From the human T2T-CHM13v2.0 reference genome, Homo sapiens, in NCBI RefSeq assembly GCF_009914755.1, contig NC_060929.1: a DNA stretch of 64,000 nucleotides; one strand, given 5' to 3'. The position numbers and the translations under genes were made by a program. Each line of letters begins with the position of its first letter. The first letter of the stretch is position 1. Below, one piece after another: positions 19,660 to 35,615 of the stretch. The notes under the pieces are model-generated. The model had not been told where the DNA came from and did no database searches. It saw only the letters and a program-made list of their open reading frames with translations.

Positions 19660-20176
19660 ATATTGCTTGGATAATAATAAATGTCTTTTCCCTTTTTTAT
19701 GCAATGAAAGCAGGTCCTAGAACTTTCAGGAAATATTGCTGACATCATACATATATGAAAATGTGGTTAGATATGGGTGAATTAAATTGGGATGCTTATA
19801 GCTAAACATTATCCCAGGAAAAAAAAGGAAACATGTATTACAGTGCAGGAGAAGCACAGCATCAACTGGAAAATTTATGACCTCACTCTTACGTTCTCAA
19901 CATCAGAGAAAGGTATCACAAAATTTCTAATTTGAAAGGAAATAACAAATTCTTAGGGTGGCAGAGGTTTAGAGAATTTGCCTGAATTTTGTACCACAGT
20001 GATTTAAAAAAAAATAGGTGGAAAAACTGCATAAGTTTGGCTTAACAGTAGCTCCCAAGGAGCAGTGCCTGGTAAATGTGGTTCCAAAACTTCCAGCAGG
20101 CCATCAGTCATGAAGGGAACAGAAATATTCGGGGGTAAGAGAGAAGAAGAAACTGTCTCAGTGTGGGCCCAAGGGT

Positions 20177-20246
20177 AGAGTGGAGACATATTTATCCAGA
20201 GCCTCACAGGCAGAGTGGAGACATATTTATCCAGAGCCTCACAGGC
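20177..20246 (+). repeat. Perfect 35-bp tandem duplication
   Basis: agagtggagacatatttatccagagcctcacaggc x2. Confidence 0.97.
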
Positions 20247-22935
20247 CAGACACCATACTGGGTGCCAGGGGTATAGCAGCAGCTGAAATATTTTTCACTC
20301 TTACAAATTTCCAATCCAACATAGAAGATGATATAAAACAAGATAGTAACTAAATAATTAAGTGTAAAGATGCTACAAAGGAAACACATTTCTTTGCAGG
20401 AATTTGGAGAGTTAACTAGGTAGCCTTGACCTATTTTTGTTCTACAAAATTTCACGTTATTTCAATTCTTTTTATCTTTGGTTCCCAAGAATGTCAAATA
20501 TTCTAAAGACTCCCATTTTTTATCCATTTCTAAATATGTAAAGATACATGAAAAGGTTGTATGTATATTCACTCTGGAAGGCAGTATGGCATCTGACCTT
20601 TTGGCTAATGTCACTAAAATGAATTCTTGATCTATTTCCCCACGGTACAACATATGTGAACACACAGCAAACTTTCACTCAGCCTGGAAAATTCACAATC
20701 CAACTTATGAAAGTAGTGCTTGTTTTCTACTAACATAGCTAACCAAATTATATAGTCTACTCTAGATCCAACTCACTTAGGCTTGTTAGAATGTTTCTGT
20801 TAGAATCCATTTGTGTTATTTGTGGCAGAAATTTCATGCCATGATGTACTGTGGAAAGAAATAAAAATGACTGAGAGCAAACATATTTTTCCCCTGTCAA
20901 ATTACCTGAATTTCAAAATAGTTCCACAACACTACAATGTGATCTATTCCCTTTTGTTATCTGATCAGACTGGACCCGAAAGCCTCCAGTATAATAAACT
21001 TTTTTCTTATATACCAGCAATTTTGTTATAAACACATTGCTGACTGAAGCCTAAAAGACCCAGGGTTAAAAAATGATCCATGATCTTGCTGTTATGAGAA
21101 CACAAAATGTATTTTCTGAATTCGGAAAGTCAGTGGCAATGCTGGGCAGTGTTGCTTTAGTAAAATAAAGTGACTCATCTCTTGGAAATCAACTATACCC
21201 AAAGATTTGCTTCCTCCAAAATCTTCTAGTTCACAGTCAGGAAACAAGTGATCTTCAGGAAAATCCAAGAAGTCAATTTTCCTATATGCCTGCTTCATGT
21301 AGATAACTTCCTATGGATGACTTCAATTTTCTTGCTGATAACTTCTATATCTAAAAATGCTGATAACACATGTACACGTCTAGAGAATACACACAAGGTC
21401 ACATACATATTAAAAACAAAGTCTTCAGCACAACCTGTAATTCACTGGTCACATGTAGCTGAATGTTCATCAATCTATGGATATTTGTTCCTGTGTTTGT
21501 TGCAGTGACAGAAAGGGGAAGAAAAACCCACAATCACCTAGGTTTAGTTTTTTTCTAAATGCTAATAGAATTCTGGGCAAGATTTAAGATTTTGAAAAAT
21601 ATCAGTAATGAAAAAATAAAACTACTAGAAAAGTGACTTCCAGACAAGAGTAATTCATACTTGTATGTCAGAATTAGCTGTTAACTCTTCTCTAGCCCCA
21701 GTGCACACTCAAAACATCAATATGTCCTTCTGACTTCCTGGGTAAGGATGCGCTTCAGTTGAAGACTTGGAAGCAATTTTACTTTGACTGTTAAGCAAAG
21801 GCATTGAACTTGACGCAGAAAGCTAAAATTGGCAGAAAGATCAAGATGAGCAGAAGTGTGGCAGGGGCCAGTGCCTCCCCACTCCCACTTCAGGCACCTA
21901 TGGGGCACTCTAAGTAACCAAGGGGAGCTTGCAAAGGGCCTATTGGAGAGGCACTGCATACACCCTATTGTATTGCTTGTCAAATAACCAAAGGGAGAAA
22001 TTACATCATTTTTCATTAGGGAGCATACATTTGGTTACAATATATATCCCAGGAATTTATTAAAGAATTTCAGTAAAAATAACCTTAGCATATCAATGCT
22101 GAGCAAGATATAAAAATACTGCCATATGCCATATATTAGTTAGCATATCAAAGGGCCATATAAAATGAAAGTTTTGGAGTATATTTGGGAATGTTCACTA
22201 GAAACTTAAGTACACTTACTACTCTCTGCTATGCTATTTTAAGAAGATAGCACAAAAGGTATTTTACTCAAAGAATTGTGCATTAGGCTATTTTGAAGTT
22301 CAGACATCAAGTATTCTTCATATATCAAATGTTAATTATATATTTAATGCCATCTTGAGAATTAATTTATGTAAAAAGTAGCATTTGGCATAATGAATTA
22401 GAAATTTTAAGAGTTTTATGATAACATGAATATATACTTAGCTGTAGTATGATGAAATAGTATTGAATGACATTCGTCAGAGTTATATGCACAATATAAT
22501 CATACTCACTCATGCTAGTAAATAAAGACCATGCAGAACTTCTCATTGGGGGAGAAGTGTCATCCAAAGAGGTCTTCTAATTTCACTATCCCATCAATCT
22601 CTCTACATGCATACAAATGTTATCAAACTATTCTGTGGAATAAAAACTGATATCATGCAGGGAATCGGTAACTGGCTTAAAAATGAAACCATTAATTAAA
22701 GTCAGAAACCAGGCTTCCAAATGATCACTCAAGGCTCAGATTATGTAAAATTCCTCACGGTGTGTTTTGAGTATGTGATATTTAATATGTGCAACCTCTG
22801 TTCAAGACCTTCAGTTTAGAAAACTGCAATCATTTCATTTTAAAGCCCTCACAATATATAAAACTATATATACACACTGTATTTACTCTTTCAGACATGT
22901 TTATTCTCAGCTGATATGACCAAGAATCATGATCT

Positions 22936-24565
<1,630 letters not shown>

Positions 24566-26223
24566 TGAATGACTTTATGAATTTTATTATTTTAAAATAA
24601 TTTATTGAGAAAATCACTAGGGCAGTACAAAGACTTACATTTTATTACATGTTGCCATTCAGGTCTCAGTTTCCACATAGATAAATAATTGTCCTAATCA
24701 TTAAAGTTGTTGTTCAGAATTGAATATAAAATGTATCCAAAAGTATTTGGGGCACTATAAATTGTTGAATGGATATGGCCATTACTATATATAGCATTGG
24801 ATCCGTAAGACTGATGCTGTCACAAAATAAGTATTTTGTTTAGTTTTTCACATGAGGTTAATGTAGACACATGTTCAAAATATCTTTAAATGGATACATT
24901 TCTCAGGTCTTTGCTCCAGATTAAGTTTCTCCAGCTGCTATCCTTGTACTTGACCCTGATTTATCCAAATCCCTTCTCTTATATTTAAACTCTAGGAATT
25001 CTCCTGTGTTAATGGTAAAGGCCAATTGCTTTGGAAAGCAGTTTTTAACCTCTCCAGCTGGACTGCATAAATTGATTAAGTATGTATTTACTGAGAAGCT
25101 ACATTGTGTTTGACTCTGTGGCCATGCTATGTATTCTTTTTCTGACCTTCCTTAGCATGTTTTCCTTAGGGAACATGTCCTTTTTACCCCCAGCTATTTA
25201 CTACAGCATATCTCATCTCTTGCTTTAGTATATAAGCTCTTGAAAGCCAGACTATGTTTGATTTATGTTTCTATTTGATGAACACCTTTTTCAGTACTTC
25301 ATAATGCATACTTGATAGAAAGTTCCTGAAAGTATCAATGAATGAATGAATATATGAATGTAATTCTTAGCTTAATTTTCTCTGATATTTTTGCCTCCAA
25401 GCAGTGTTCTGTTTATTTTTACACATTCTCTGACATATTATAGTAACACTCTTAAAATATATATTAGCCTCATGCAATACAAAATACATCTTTGCTATGG
25501 TACTTTTTATAATTAAAATAAGTTTTCTTTCTTTCTGACAATATTCCTTTGTTCCAGCAATACCATGTTCCAGGTTTTTCTTTCTTGGACTACGCTTTAA
25601 ATGTCAATATTTCTTAGGATTTTATCTTTGGAATTTCTTTTCTTTCTCCACAGTTTTCTCTGAAAGGTTTCACCCATTTCCGTGGTCATACTACATTTAT
25701 TTGAGAATGAATTTCAAATCTCTAGTTCAAATTCAGATTCTCTCTTAAATCTTCTATCTGCTTATCCAACTACATATGGTACGGGATCACTTAGCTAACG
25801 TAAGGACCCTGCTACTCAAAATATCTCCCAGGGAATGTTCAAACACACCCACCACTCACCCAAGACAGATACCTGGGTATTCTTTCCAACTCTGTCTTTT
25901 TTTCCTTCCCATACCTGTAATGTTAATCTGATCATCAATGTATCTCTGCAATCCGTTTACCTTACTGTACTCTTAATATCATTTTACTACTTAAAGCCAT
26001 TATCATCTCCTTCAAAGTTCACTAATGTCTGCCAACTATAATATTGTTTTTCTATATTACAGACCTTGCTTCCTTGCCCATTCACCACTCTAGAGCTGAG
26101 GGCATTTTCCAAAAAAACACATCTTGTTCTCTCATAGCTACATCTGGAACTCTGCCTACTCCAGGCTCCACTCCCTCACCCCACCCACCCAATAGTGATG
26201 GTGGACTAACTATTTTCTCCCCA

Positions 26224-26269
26224 TCTTTCAGATCTAAACCCCACATCACTCTTTCAGATCTAAACCCCA
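26224..26269 (+). repeat. Short tandem duplication (26-bp period)
   Basis: tctttcagatctaaacccca at 26224-26243 and 26250-26269. Confidence 0.9.
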
Positions 26270-28766
26270 GAAAGTACTCTTAAGTACTTTCTGAGTACAT
26301 TCTGGGTACATTGATTTCTTTCATCATAATATTTATAAACATAGCTCAAGTTCTTAAAGCTACTTCCTGTCCATTATTACCCTTATTTATAAACCCTTCT
26401 AATCTTATTTCTGACTTTTATATTCACTTCATGTTTTTTTTCTCTTAAAACATTTATTGTCACTTCGTGGTATTAACACTTCATTATATTTGGAGGTTAG
26501 TTTGTATAGTTATTTGCTCACTCCTTGCTTATATATAGATATCTTATTTCCCACCTTTTAAAAACAGATGTTTATGTGAGCAGACTCTCATACATTGTTA
26601 ATTATTTGTTTTGATTAGCATGAAATGTATTTGTTTATAATTTCAGGACTTCGCTATTTTAACATTTTATAAAAGGGTATTCTTAAAATAATGATGGATA
26701 TTCCAAGTGAGGAAATGGCCTTACATTTCTGCTACAGAGTTTTCTTAGACATCAAGAATAAATTTTAATTGTAGAGTAATTTTAACTTCTCAAGTTAATC
26801 CATTCTAGAATTTAGAATCTCCATTGATGTATAATCTTATGCAGTGAAGGAACCCTTGTTCATTTCCCTGAGACGAATTCATGATCATTTGCTTTACCTC
26901 TTGGCATTTTATAGTATGATCTTATGCAGTTATATAGATTCAGAATAATTCGCACAAGTATGCATGGCTAAACATGACTTAAAGTGAGCATTTGCATGGT
27001 ATTTCCTTTAGTGGTTAGTTTAGGCCAAACCTTCTCTGTTGTCTTGAATAATTCAATGATCTTTTTTTTTCTTCTTTCCAGAAGAAAAATGAGAGAGGTG
27101 ATTCAAGCTGAGGTAGGCTAGGCATTTCCAATTGACAGCTGTAACCTTGTATAACTAAATCCATCAGAAGTATCCTGTTACAGATATAGTGCCGAATGTT
27201 TCATATCCTTTTTTGTAAAAAAGGTCAGTGTGTCCAATTCATAGTATCTTAGATCCCAAGGGAGGTGTGTAATGTTATTCTCCATCTAGTAAAATGTATT
27301 AAGACTGTTTATTGAAACATAGTACAGGGGCTCAACCTTTTTTGACTTCTTAGAAAACTTTATGTGGAGACAGAGTAGGAAAATGCCTATTAAACCAAAA
27401 GTAACTAGAACACATCTGTCAGGTTTACGCATTTTGTGTGTTATATTTTCTAATATATGTGGATTTGGAACTATTTAGAGAGATGAAAGAAAAGTAAAAT
27501 ATCTTCATCCTGGTTCAGTAACTGATTACTATATAAAAGTGATGTAACATACATATACTTAGAATAAAAATTATGTCTTAGTAAATTTCTGAATTGACTG
27601 TATTTGATAAGACATGATTAAATCTAAAGAGTTGGATTGACAGATGATTTCCATTTTAAGTGAAGGAAGTTATATACATTCTATAACAGCAAAGCCTTAA
27701 AACAAAAATACTCCCTTAAAAAATATAAAATCAATCACAAGATCATGAAGATAGTTTTCAAGTTTCTTTGTTATGTATACACGAAACACTCAAAGTCAAA
27801 ACGCTATTTTAAACTCGTAAGGAAAGTCGGGACAAAAGAAATACTGTTTTGAATCTCTACAGAGGGAATTCAGGAGGATCAAGATAACAAAAATAACTGA
27901 AGGCAGCATTGCTGACATAAAATCAGCATTATGTTCTGCAAGGCAGCCGTGCCCTTGAAAACACAGCTTGGATTAGCTGTAACTATTGCGGGGTGAATAA
28001 CATAATCTTGAAAAGAACATATATGTATATATCTTATAGACATTCTTATAGGAGTGCTGGTTATAATTAAGTGTTATCAACATGTGAGGCTGAAAATGCA
28101 GTCCATGTAAAGCAGTAGAGATATGCTTCTCAGAATCTGTCTCTTCACTTTGTTAGTCATCCTTATTAAAAAAAAAAAAAAAAAGAGGAATTGGGAAAAA
28201 ATAAATTTCTAAATCTTCTCCCAAAATAAGATTGTTATATCTGCTGTAATAAATCTGATAGCCCTTATAAAATTTTGGCATGTTAAAGTGGAAAAATATA
28301 TAATAAAATGTTGTATTTGCTCCAGGCACATCTTTTACATTCATCTTTATTTTTAAAAACAAACTTTCAAAGTTTCATTTTGTGCTATACGTTCCCCATT
28401 TAAGTTTGTTCCAGTGCTCTAAATTAGTTAATGTGACCCTACATGGTCTGTATTTTTCTTTTTTACAGTACAGAAAATTAATAGCTAGAAACTAGAAGAC
28501 TTACCATGTTCTAGACAAAATTCTGAGTACTCCACAGGCAATTTGAGTCCAGAGCCCCCAGCCTTAAATACCATGCTGTAAATGTCATTGCTTGTTTGGG
28601 ATTTGTGGTTTCTCCCATTTTTGTGATACATATTCTGTACATATTGTGAGGCTTGTTCAAGAGTGAAAGTCATTTGATTTGGGAGTGAACCTAGAGTTCA
28701 AAGAGTAATTTTTTTTTTTTTTTGGTCTGTTTCTTATTAAGTATATGGGAGTTCCCATGACCTGAT

Positions 28767-28770
<4 letters not shown>

Positions 28771-28812
<42 letters not shown>
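28771..28812. repeat. (TG)21 microsatellite
   Basis: Uninterrupted TG run. Confidence 0.98.
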
Positions 28813-28815
<3 letters not shown>

Positions 28816-29312
28816 CCCCATACTTTGCGTAGGATAGTTCAGGCAAGAGAAATAACTGCATTTGTTGCTAGTGCAAATTTTCAAAAAGGAAAGAGGTCAG
28901 AGAAGTGATCATTTCTAGCTAAAATGGTTTTGTATTTTAAAATAATGAACTGTCTGAAGACCTTTTTAGCATTTATATTTTATCACATTTTATGGAAGGT
29001 AAAATGAACCATAAGTGGCATTTGAAAATGTTGTGAAACTTGAAGCTCTTATTGTTATCAAGGTTATTCTTCCTCAAGCCACTTTCTATTTACTCTCAAG
29101 CGAGTCATGTCAAGCTCTGCTTTTTTATTTTTGTCACCATCATTTGGGTCTTCCAGTGTCCTTCAGTTTTTCAAATCCTATCTATCTTCAAGTCCCAGGC
29201 TTAATGCCCAGTGCTTTAGGAAAGAACTTCTATAACTAAGGATCTTTTCATTTTTAATTAAGACCTCTTTCTCTGACTGTTTGTTACAACATTTGTTAAT
29301 TGCTGTTTATTA

Positions 29313-29721
<409 letters not shown>

Positions 29722-30467
29722 CTATAAATGTTTTTAACTGATTGATTTATAAAGCAAGTAGAACTTGAGTTACCCATTTCAGTGAATTATATTTCAGTGA
29801 GTCAAGATAAATTGTACCAAGGTCAAAGGAACTTACACTTTAAATTCAACATGGTCTTCATATTCAACAAGAGCTTTGCCTTGACCTTTCCTTGTAATTG
29901 CCTGAAGACGTACTCAGGGATTATGTGGTTCACTCTGAGGCATTCTACCTTGGGGTCTCATAAATCATGGATCTTCAGAATAAAGCACTACAAAAATAAA
30001 AGTTTGCCACTCTCTTGTTTTTTTTAAAGTACAGTGACTGAGTGATTCTGCCCCAGATTGGAGTGGGTACGCTTCTGTGAGCAGTGTATATTAGGTCACC
30101 GGATGAGGAGGATGCAGGACCAAGCCGAAACTAGATTATGACAGTGGACCTGGCAGTAGGAGGGAGATTAAGACTGTGGCTACAGAAGCTGGGCCCTCAG
30201 AGACAGAGGAATGACCTGAGCAGTACTAAGTCTTGGTCTCTAGACCTGAAACACTTAACTGATTCTGCAGCCATCAGGCAGGTGTAATGAAGCAGCTTGA
30301 AATTCAGTATTAGCTAACTAATCCAGGGCAATTGATTAACTAGGCAAATGTGACAGAACCCCGATGAGGACTAGTGGTAGGAAGGGGGGCCACTGGCTGG
30401 ATTCTGGCACGGTATATAAGTCCTAGCTTACGGTTCCTGAGGGGAGAGGGGGAAATGCTAACTAACC

Positions 30468-30870
30468 CTGTGTCTTAGCCAGGTATCTCCCCAGGAAGCA
30501 GAGCCGGAGACAAGCAGGTAATTTATTTTTGGAAAGTGACTTTTGGAACAAGAGTGGAATAGAGCAGAGGAGGAAAAACCAATACAAGGTTGTATATTCT
30601 GTTGGTCGCTGCTTTTGGCAATTGGGTCTCAATCTTGCAAACATCTTTGGAGGAGCCTCAGAATTGTCTCCTAGTGGTGTGAAGAAGGGGATAATTTATC
30701 CATGGGCTTTCATTTGTACTTCCAGGGCATTTCTACTGGGCAGATTTCCGCAACTTGGCTCTCCACTGACTTAGAGAAGTCCCAAGGCAATAATATAAAA
30801 TACTTGGGACAGTTGTGGCAAAATACTATCAGCTTATATTAGCATTGCTTAAGAGGATATGAGAGAGGTA
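30468..30870 (-). mobile_element. Old ERVL/MaLR-type LTR remnant
   Basis: tgtcttagccagg...ccccaggaagcagagcc terminus resembles old MLT1/ERVL LTR ends. Confidence 0.45.
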
Positions 30871-31010
30871 TACGAGGTCATTTATTTATAAGGGAACTTA
30901 AAAGGATAAATAAAACATCATTTTAAAGATTAAGCCAGTGTAAGGAATCAATACAAAAGAGAGAGATGGGAAAGAGAAAAAAGTAAGATTTGGAGGATGG
31001 ATGGAATGTG

Positions 31011-31572
31011 AGTGGTATGTAGAGTTCTAAAATGAAGCCCAAACTTCTCATTCCCTGGAGTATTGCTGTATCACTTAACCTCCTAGAGTGTAGACAAGAC
31101 CTATGAACATGAAAGTCACTCCCTTCATGAGGTCATAGTATATGGCAAAGGTGAGGGATAGTCATCCAGTGATTGTAACGATGTTCTGTGATGTAAAGGG
31201 ACTCTATCTTATGAGACTGGAGAGTTAGATTTCCCTGCAGGCTTTGAAGAAGTAAGTTATAAGAGGAACACATGACTAGGATGATCAGGGCTAAGAGTGG
31301 CCGGTAAGAAAATGGAGGCTTCAGTCCTACAACTGCAAAGAACCAAATTCTGTCAACAATCTGAGTGGACTTGGAGGAGGACCCCAAACTCCAGATGAGA
31401 ACACAGCCTGTCCACTGCCTTGATTTCAGCCTCGTGAGATCCTTAACAAGCAAATACTCTAGCTACCCTAAGCCTGAAATACTGACCCATAGAAACTGTG
31501 AGCTAATAAATGGGTTTTCTTATAAACTGCTGTATGTGGTGATTTGTTATACATCATGAGAAAAACAATACA
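31011..31572 (+). mobile_element. MLT1E/F-like MaLR LTR
   Basis: ctgcaggctttgaagaagtaag, cctacaactgcaaagaacc..ttctgtcaacaa, gaaactgtgagctaataaatggg...gatttgttata...aataca. Confidence 0.8.
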
Positions 31573-31711
31573 ACATGTAATGACCTTTTCAGCATTTTAT
31601 TTTTGAGGCACTGATTCAGGCTTAAACTGTCAGGAAAGCATGATAACATGAAGCAAATTAGAAATTAGCATCTGGAAACCAGTTCAGACATGATTAAGGA
31701 GGGCAGGCCAT

Positions 31712-32003
31712 TCTGTGTGGTGACTAGAGCCCAGATTCTAGAATCAGACTTCCAGAGTTTGAATCCCAACTTTAACAATTAAAAAAAAAAAAAACTCTTT
31801 TGCCATGGGAAAATTGCATAATCTTTCTCTGTTATACAGTTTTCTCATTTGGAAAATAGTAGCACCCACATCACAAGCATAAATCAGAATTAAATGGGAT
31901 AAATAAATGAGTTAATACGTTAAATAAGAATTAAATGAGATAAAACACAAAGATATTTACAACAGTGTCTTTCAAACTGGAAGTGTCAATAAATTAGCCA
32001 TTA
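31712..32003 (+). mobile_element. MIR remnant
   Basis: tttgaatcccaact...cagttttctcatttggaaaat...attaaatgagataa core motifs. Confidence 0.65.
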
Positions 32004-32159
32004 TTTAGGGAAAATTTAAAAAATCCATTCAGATAGTCCAGGTAGGAAATGAAGGGGGAATGATGGTGGGGACAGAGAAAGAAGTCGCAAAAGTAGAGAT
32101 GACAGTTATTCTTAAAGGAAAGTGATGAATAAGAAATGTACATAACTAACATTGAGCAT

Positions 32160-32631
32160 TGTTATGGGTTGAATTTTGCCCCCTCACAAATTCTTATGTG
32201 GAGGTCTTAACCTTCGCTATCTTAACTAGATCTATCTTAAGAACAAATTCTTATGTTGAGGTCTTAACCTTCACTATCTTCCAATGTGTTTGTATGTAAG
32301 ATAGTACCTTTAAAGGGGTGGTTAAGTTAAACTAGGGACTCTAAGTTAGCATGGACTCTAATGCAGTCTGACTGGTGTCCTTCTAAGAGGAACTTTGGGC
32401 ACACAGAGACACCGGGATGCCTATGCACAGAGGAAAGTCCTGATGAGGACAGAGAGAAAGCAAGCCAAGGAGATAGGCCTAAAAAAGGTTTAGGAGATGG
32501 CTGCCTTCTGCTGGTCCTGTTGACACCTTGATCCTGCGCTTCTAGTTTCCAGACTCTGAGAAAATAAATTTCTGTTGTTTAAGCTACCTCGTGTATGTTA
32601 TTTCATTATGACAGCCAAACTGACTTATACA
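32160..32631 (+). mobile_element. MLT1A/B-like MaLR LTR with internal duplication
   Basis: tgttatgggttgaatt start; gacaccttgatc...gagaaaataaatttctgttgtttaagc; ends gacttataca. Confidence 0.85.
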
Positions 32632-33562
32632 AGGGTATACTATTTGTTTCCTATTTTGCCTCCCTAGATCCACTCTTCACGTGCCTTCACCCTGCTCTGT
32701 CCAACAGGATGCTGCCCTTCCCTGCTTTAGTTCAGAATTTCTGGTGGGCATCAAGGGTCCAGCTTGTACTGGACTCCTATACCCTGTGTCTTTTCCTTGC
32801 CCCCTTAACAATGAGATTAGAAAAGGTCTTTCGCTTTTTTGAGTTTCTTAGTGCCTCAACCTCCCAGATTTGTTTCCTTAAAACAGTCCATACCATCTGA
32901 GGTGAGTTCTGCTTCCTGTCAGGACCTGAATGAGGTGGGGGGAGCTTAGATAAATGGACAAAAGTGGTGAGCAGAGAATATGAAGGTAAAATACCATTTG
33001 GGAAAAATGTGTTTAACCAAAGGGTATAATTGTCTCAAACTAGAACAACTGAAGTAAGGAGTTTATTAGCTGATCTAATCAGCCCCGGGGAGGCAGTAGA
33101 TTGAGGCGGCAAAAAGAGTTCACCTCCACTCCCCCATCCCACATTACTCCCTAGATTATCTCATAATAGCAAAGTTTTAAATTTCATCTATATAGTGAGA
33201 ACTCATATGGGTCAGGGTTCATAGCAGCAAACAATGAAACATTTAGATACTTCCAGGGAAAAATAATTATAGATTATGTAGTACTTAAGGAATCATCTGT
33301 GGGACCTGAGAACCAGGATTGCAGGCTGCCCAGATGCCCTAAACTACCCAGCTGGCCACATCTGCGCTTACACTGCCATCCTTGCAGGCATTCTGGGTCT
33401 GTCTCAGAGCCTCTAGAAAACTGATGTCTCCACTACTACCCTTGCCTGAGTAGACATCACTCAGCATTTGCCTTCTCTGTCAGGAGCAGTTGTGTAGTTT
33501 GGAGTTCCCTTTATTCTTCCAGCAACCCAAGTTCATTTTCCCTTTGCAGCTTTTATATCTAC

Positions 33563-34132
33563 AGTGATGATTAATTTTATGTGTTAACTTGGTTGGGTCA
33601 TGTGTGTCCAGATATTTGGCCAGATATCACTCTGTGTGGATCTGCAAGGTGTTTCTGGATGAGGTAAACATTTAAGTTGGGAGACTGGGTAAAGCAGATT
33701 GCTCTCCATAATGCGAGTGGCCTTCATTCAGTCAGTTGAAGTCCTGAATAGTGAAAAAAGGCTGAGCCTCCCCTGAGTAAAAGAGAATTCCTCCTGCCTG
33801 GCATCCTCTGAACTGGGACACTGGCTTTTTTTCCTGCCTTCAGACTAGAACTGAAACATGAGTTCTTCCAAGGTGTTGAGACTGCCAGCCTATGGACTAG
33901 AGATACATGGTTGATGCTCCTGGTTCTCAGGCCTATGGACTTGGGTTGGAGCTACACCATTAGCTCTGCAGGTCTCCAGCTTGTCAATTCACCCTTCAGA
34001 GCTTAGGACTTGCCAGCCTCCATAATCAGTGAGTCAGTTTCTTATAGTAAATCTGTTGTCTGTCTAATCTATCATCTATCCATGTATCCACACCCTATCA
34101 GTTCTGTGTTTGTAAAGGTTCCTGACTAATAC
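33563..34132 (+). mobile_element. MLT2 (MLT2B/D-like) ERVL LTR
   Basis: gtgatgattaattttatgtgttaacttgg start; gtaaagcagattgctctccataatg; cctgactaatac end. Confidence 0.85.
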
Positions 34133-34134
34133 CT

Positions 34135-34880
34135 GTACCATTTCTTCTATCTAGACTGCCTTTTTCCTTTTCTTGGCCTGACTCACTCATTTAAATCCTT
34201 TAAGTCTTAGCTCAAATATTACTTCCTCAAAGAATCTGTCCCTGAACACCTTAACTAATATTTACTACTTATGCTATGACCCTCCATCCCTTTATCCTAT
34301 ATTTTTCAATAGAAGTTACCACTATCTGAAACCATATAACTTAATTATCTTTTAATTATATTTTCTTTAGAACCCCTTAATACTTAAGCTCCATTAGATG
34401 AGTTCTAATCAATTAGATTAGGGTTCTTCTCCATCTTGCTCATTTATGTTTTCCTATCCCTGAGAATTGTGCCTGGCATAAATAGATGCCCCCAATACTT
34501 TTATGAATGAATAATTGAAGTACTCAAGAGGCCCAAATGAGAAAATGTCTAACCCTGGTCAGCTGGCAAAGGATGAGAGAAAAGGCTTCTCTCAGTAGCA
34601 ACATTTGAATTAGATCTTGAAGAATGAGGAATTTTTCAGACAGGGATAGAACGATATCAGGCAGAAAGCAACACTTGTACAGAAGTGATGAAAAGCTTGG
34701 AGCGAGCTGCATGATGAGCATCTCAGAGTGGTAGGAGCAGAACAGCACATACGTGGTAGGAGTGGCACCCAAGAATCTAAAGGCAGGTGGCATTCAGATT
34801 GTCAAAGTTCACCAAATTCAGAGTTTATTTGCTTGGCACTGGAAAAAAAAGTTGAAACTCTTTAAAACAGGCTGATATGT
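34135..34880. mobile_element. L2 remnants
   Basis: tcttagctcaaatattacttcctc and gtgcctggcata...ttatgaatgaat are L2 3'-end motifs. Confidence 0.55.
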
Positions 34881-35368
34881 CAGACTTGTTTTAAGGCAGT
34901 GATTCTCTAAGTGTGGCCTGTGGCCCCTGGGGGTTCCTGAGACACATTTGGGAAATTGTGTCCTCACTTTGCCTGGCTTTGTGTTATCTGGGGTAAAAAT
35001 CTCTGATATGCATGAGTTTCAGTTAATAAGGTAACATACCAAGGGTGAGGACTGTTTGTATATAGTAAATATTGATATGATGTACCCCACATGAAATTAG
35101 TTAGGGTCCTCAATAATTTTTAAGAGCATGAAGTGATGCAGATACCAAATTTTGAGATCTACTGTTAAAAGAAAAATATCTGGAAGAGTAACTGAGATGA
35201 GCACAGCCTGTTTGTAAGGAAAATAGACAGGAGGCTGCTGGGCCACTTCCCTTCTCCACAGAATGAAAACAGAAGTGTTAACTGCTGCTACGGGGATGAA
35301 AGGGAAAGCTAGGATTTGAGAGATTGAGAACATTGAATTCATAGAAATTTATTATTAGTGTCTGAGTT

Positions 35369-35500
35369 CACTATATATATTTTTTGATCCAGGGTCTCAC
35401 TATATGGCTCAAGCTGGTCTTGAACTCTTGGTCTCAAGTAATCCTCCTGGCTATGTCTCCCAAGTAGCTGGGATTACAGGCATGAGCTACTGCACACAGC
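35369..35500 (-). mobile_element. FLAM (free Alu monomer)
   Basis: Single ~130 bp monomer; TSD tgtctgagtt at 35359-35368 and 35502-35511. Confidence 0.85.
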
Positions 35501-35563
35501 ATGTCTGAGTTTTTTAAGCTGGGCTCTTAGGTGGATGATCATAATGCCGTCAACTCAGAAAAC

Positions 35564-35615
35564 CATACACACGCACACACACACACACACATACACACAC
35601 ACACACACGCACACG
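35564..35615. repeat. Imperfect (CA)n microsatellite
   Basis: CA run with CG/TA interruptions. Confidence 0.95.

Noticed and set aside
21870-21957. 9-bp inverted termini cagtgcctc/gaggcactg suggesting a small hAT MITE
   Set aside because: No matching 8-bp TSD and no recognisable family.
27910-27928. tgctgac...tcagca inverted MAF-like half sites
   Set aside because: Spacing does not match a canonical MARE; a short motif alone is unsupported.
32186-32280. Repeat-spacer-repeat pattern as a CRISPR-like array
   Set aside because: Only two units, inside a MaLR LTR in primate DNA, with a spacer derived from the flank and no cas genes.
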